From Elusimicrobiota bacterium (lineage in GTDB: Bacteria > Elusimicrobiota > Elusimicrobia > F11): a stretch of 24,000 bases of DNA. Below, piece by piece: positions 22,966 through 24,000 of this stretch. The notes beneath the pieces were generated by a model. That model was given only the letters and a program-made list of their open reading frames with translations, was not told where the DNA came from and searched no databases. Where the stretch lies: assembly GCA_043732015.1 (NCBI GenBank), contig JAYTIE010000270.1:25954-49953 (forward strand), read 5' to 3'. The position numbers were made by a program, and so were the translations under genes. The stretch's first letter is position 1. Each line of letters begins with the position of its first letter.

Positions 22966-24000
22966 TCAGCCGGCGGTTCGCCCGGGCCGGCTTTCATGCA
23001 TGTCGAAAGCCACCAGAATAATCAGCACGAGCGTGCCGATCAGCGTGAAGTAGCTGTAATTGTTGGCGCGTGTCCAACCCCAGAGCTGGAAGTAGTGCTG
23101 AAGGCCGACCGCCAGCGCGCAGAGGAAGCCGATCACCTGGTTGGGCCGGAGGCCCGCCTGGATTTCCGAACGCGGCCGCATCGCTATCAACATGGACGGA
23201 ACGGCCAGCGTGAAGTAGTGGCCCCACACCAGAACTCCCGTCAGCAAATAGACATTCAGCCCGATGACGCCCGCGGAAACAGCTTCGAGACAGGCCGGCC
23301 GGAACGGTGACATGTCGGAAACCAATGGCGGGGTCCGTCCCGACAGCCGGTAGAAAAAGGCGACGCAGGTCGTGAGAAAAACCGCGGAAACGATTTTGTA
23401 GGGCAGAATTGTCGCGACGTGAAGATCGCGGCCCAGAATGCCGCCCGCCGCGCCGCGCACTTCGAACGCGCGATGCGGCGCGTGCGCCAGCCAGCTTTGC
23501 CAGGTACAAGTCGGGCCCAGCACGAGGGCCGGCAGGAAAAGCGCCGTGAGAACGCCGGCCATAAGCCCGATGGAATACCAACCCAGCGCTTTCCGGTCGT
23601 TCAGCGCGAAGATCAGGAACGCGAACGCGGGCGCGTAGAGAACCGTGGGCTTAAATGCGGCCATCATGACCAGCGCGGCGCCGGAGGCCACGCGCGCGGC
23701 CGGATTTCGCCACCGCAGCGAAACCAGACCCAGCATCACCGCGCCGGCGATGGCCGCGCTGCCGTTCTGGTCGAACACATCCCTCCGGAATGGAAAGAAC
23801 GGTATCGTGAAAGCCCAGACAAAAATCCCAAACGACCATGGCGGAAATTTAAGGAACCACGCCATCGCCACGATTCCCGCGATGTAGAGGACAAAGCCCG
23901 CGAGGCGCGCGCGGTTGTAGTCGCGCTCGAAGTTCCCGGTGGAAATGAGCTTGTAGACTGTGTAATGGAAAGGAGACGCGGTGAGATCGAGGTCGCTGTA
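22966..24000 (-). CDS. polytopic membrane protein, GT-C/DUF2029 (GT87)-like; the 5' end runs off the right edge
   Basis: The track ORF starts at 23871, but the frame stays open to 24000 (YSDLDLTASPFHYTVYKLISTGNFERDYNRARLAGFVLYIAGIVA-MAMAWF...). About 9 or more TM helices with short loops. The functional call is tentative. Confidence 0.5.
   Translation of the reverse strand, partial: YSDLDLTASPFHYTVYKLISTGNFERDYNRARLAGFVLYIAGIVAMAWFLKFPPWSFGIFVWAFTIPFFPFRRDVFDQNGSAAIAGAVMLGLVSLRWRNPAARVASGAALVMMAAFKPTVLYAPAFAFLIFALNDRKALGWYSIGLMAGVLTALFLPALVLGPTCTWQSWLAHAPHRAFEVRGAAGGILGRDLHVATILPYKIVSAVFLTTCVAFFYRLSGRTPPLVSDMSPFRPACLEAVSAGVIGLNVYLLTGVLVWGHYFTLAVPSMLIAMRPRSEIQAGLRPNQVIGFLCALAVGLQHYFQLWGWTRANNYSYFTLIGTLVLIILVAFDMHESRPGRTAG

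Overview
High-GC bacterial chromosomal window (roughly 60-65% GC by eye, not computed), densely coding, with about 20 CDS. I saw no rRNA, tRNA, CRISPR array or mobile element. Family calls come from motifs I recognise in the translations; no database search was possible. The centrepiece is a seven-gene, translationally coupled minus-strand operon (9056-18112) encoding a Pel-type, c-di-GMP-gated exopolysaccharide machine. Its order is non-canonical: PelD-like receptor, signal-less HEAT/TPR-like solenoid, outer-membrane beta-barrel, PelA-deacetylase-like protein, PelF (GT4), PelG, then a separate PelA-hydrolase-like (GH114/GH166-type) enzyme. No PelB-sized TPR-porin or PelC lipoprotein is present. 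So the core resembles the pelDEA(DA)FG layout described for Gram-positive bacteria, with a diderm barrel inserted and the hydrolase moved to the operon end. The flanks are also envelope or glycan themed. They include a MATE transporter, a roughly 1046-aa secreted clan-GH-A-like glycosidase carrying an Ig-like domain and five FN3 modules in an A-B-A-A-B pattern, and two GT-C-like polytopic membrane proteins. The left third holds housekeeping or accessory genes: partial PurD-like ATP-grasp, tautomerase, a small secreted protein, rmuC, DUF423, NDH-2 and a secreted SNase-type nuclease. A DUF2914 membrane protein, an atypical SDR and an ABM monooxygenase lie between one of the GT-C-like genes and the pel operon. 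The ORF track uses the longest ATG/GTG extension, so several starts were trimmed to conserved N-termini, SD sites or coupling junctions. The many long Arg/Gly/His-rich ORFs antisense to real genes are high-GC shadow ORFs and were rejected.
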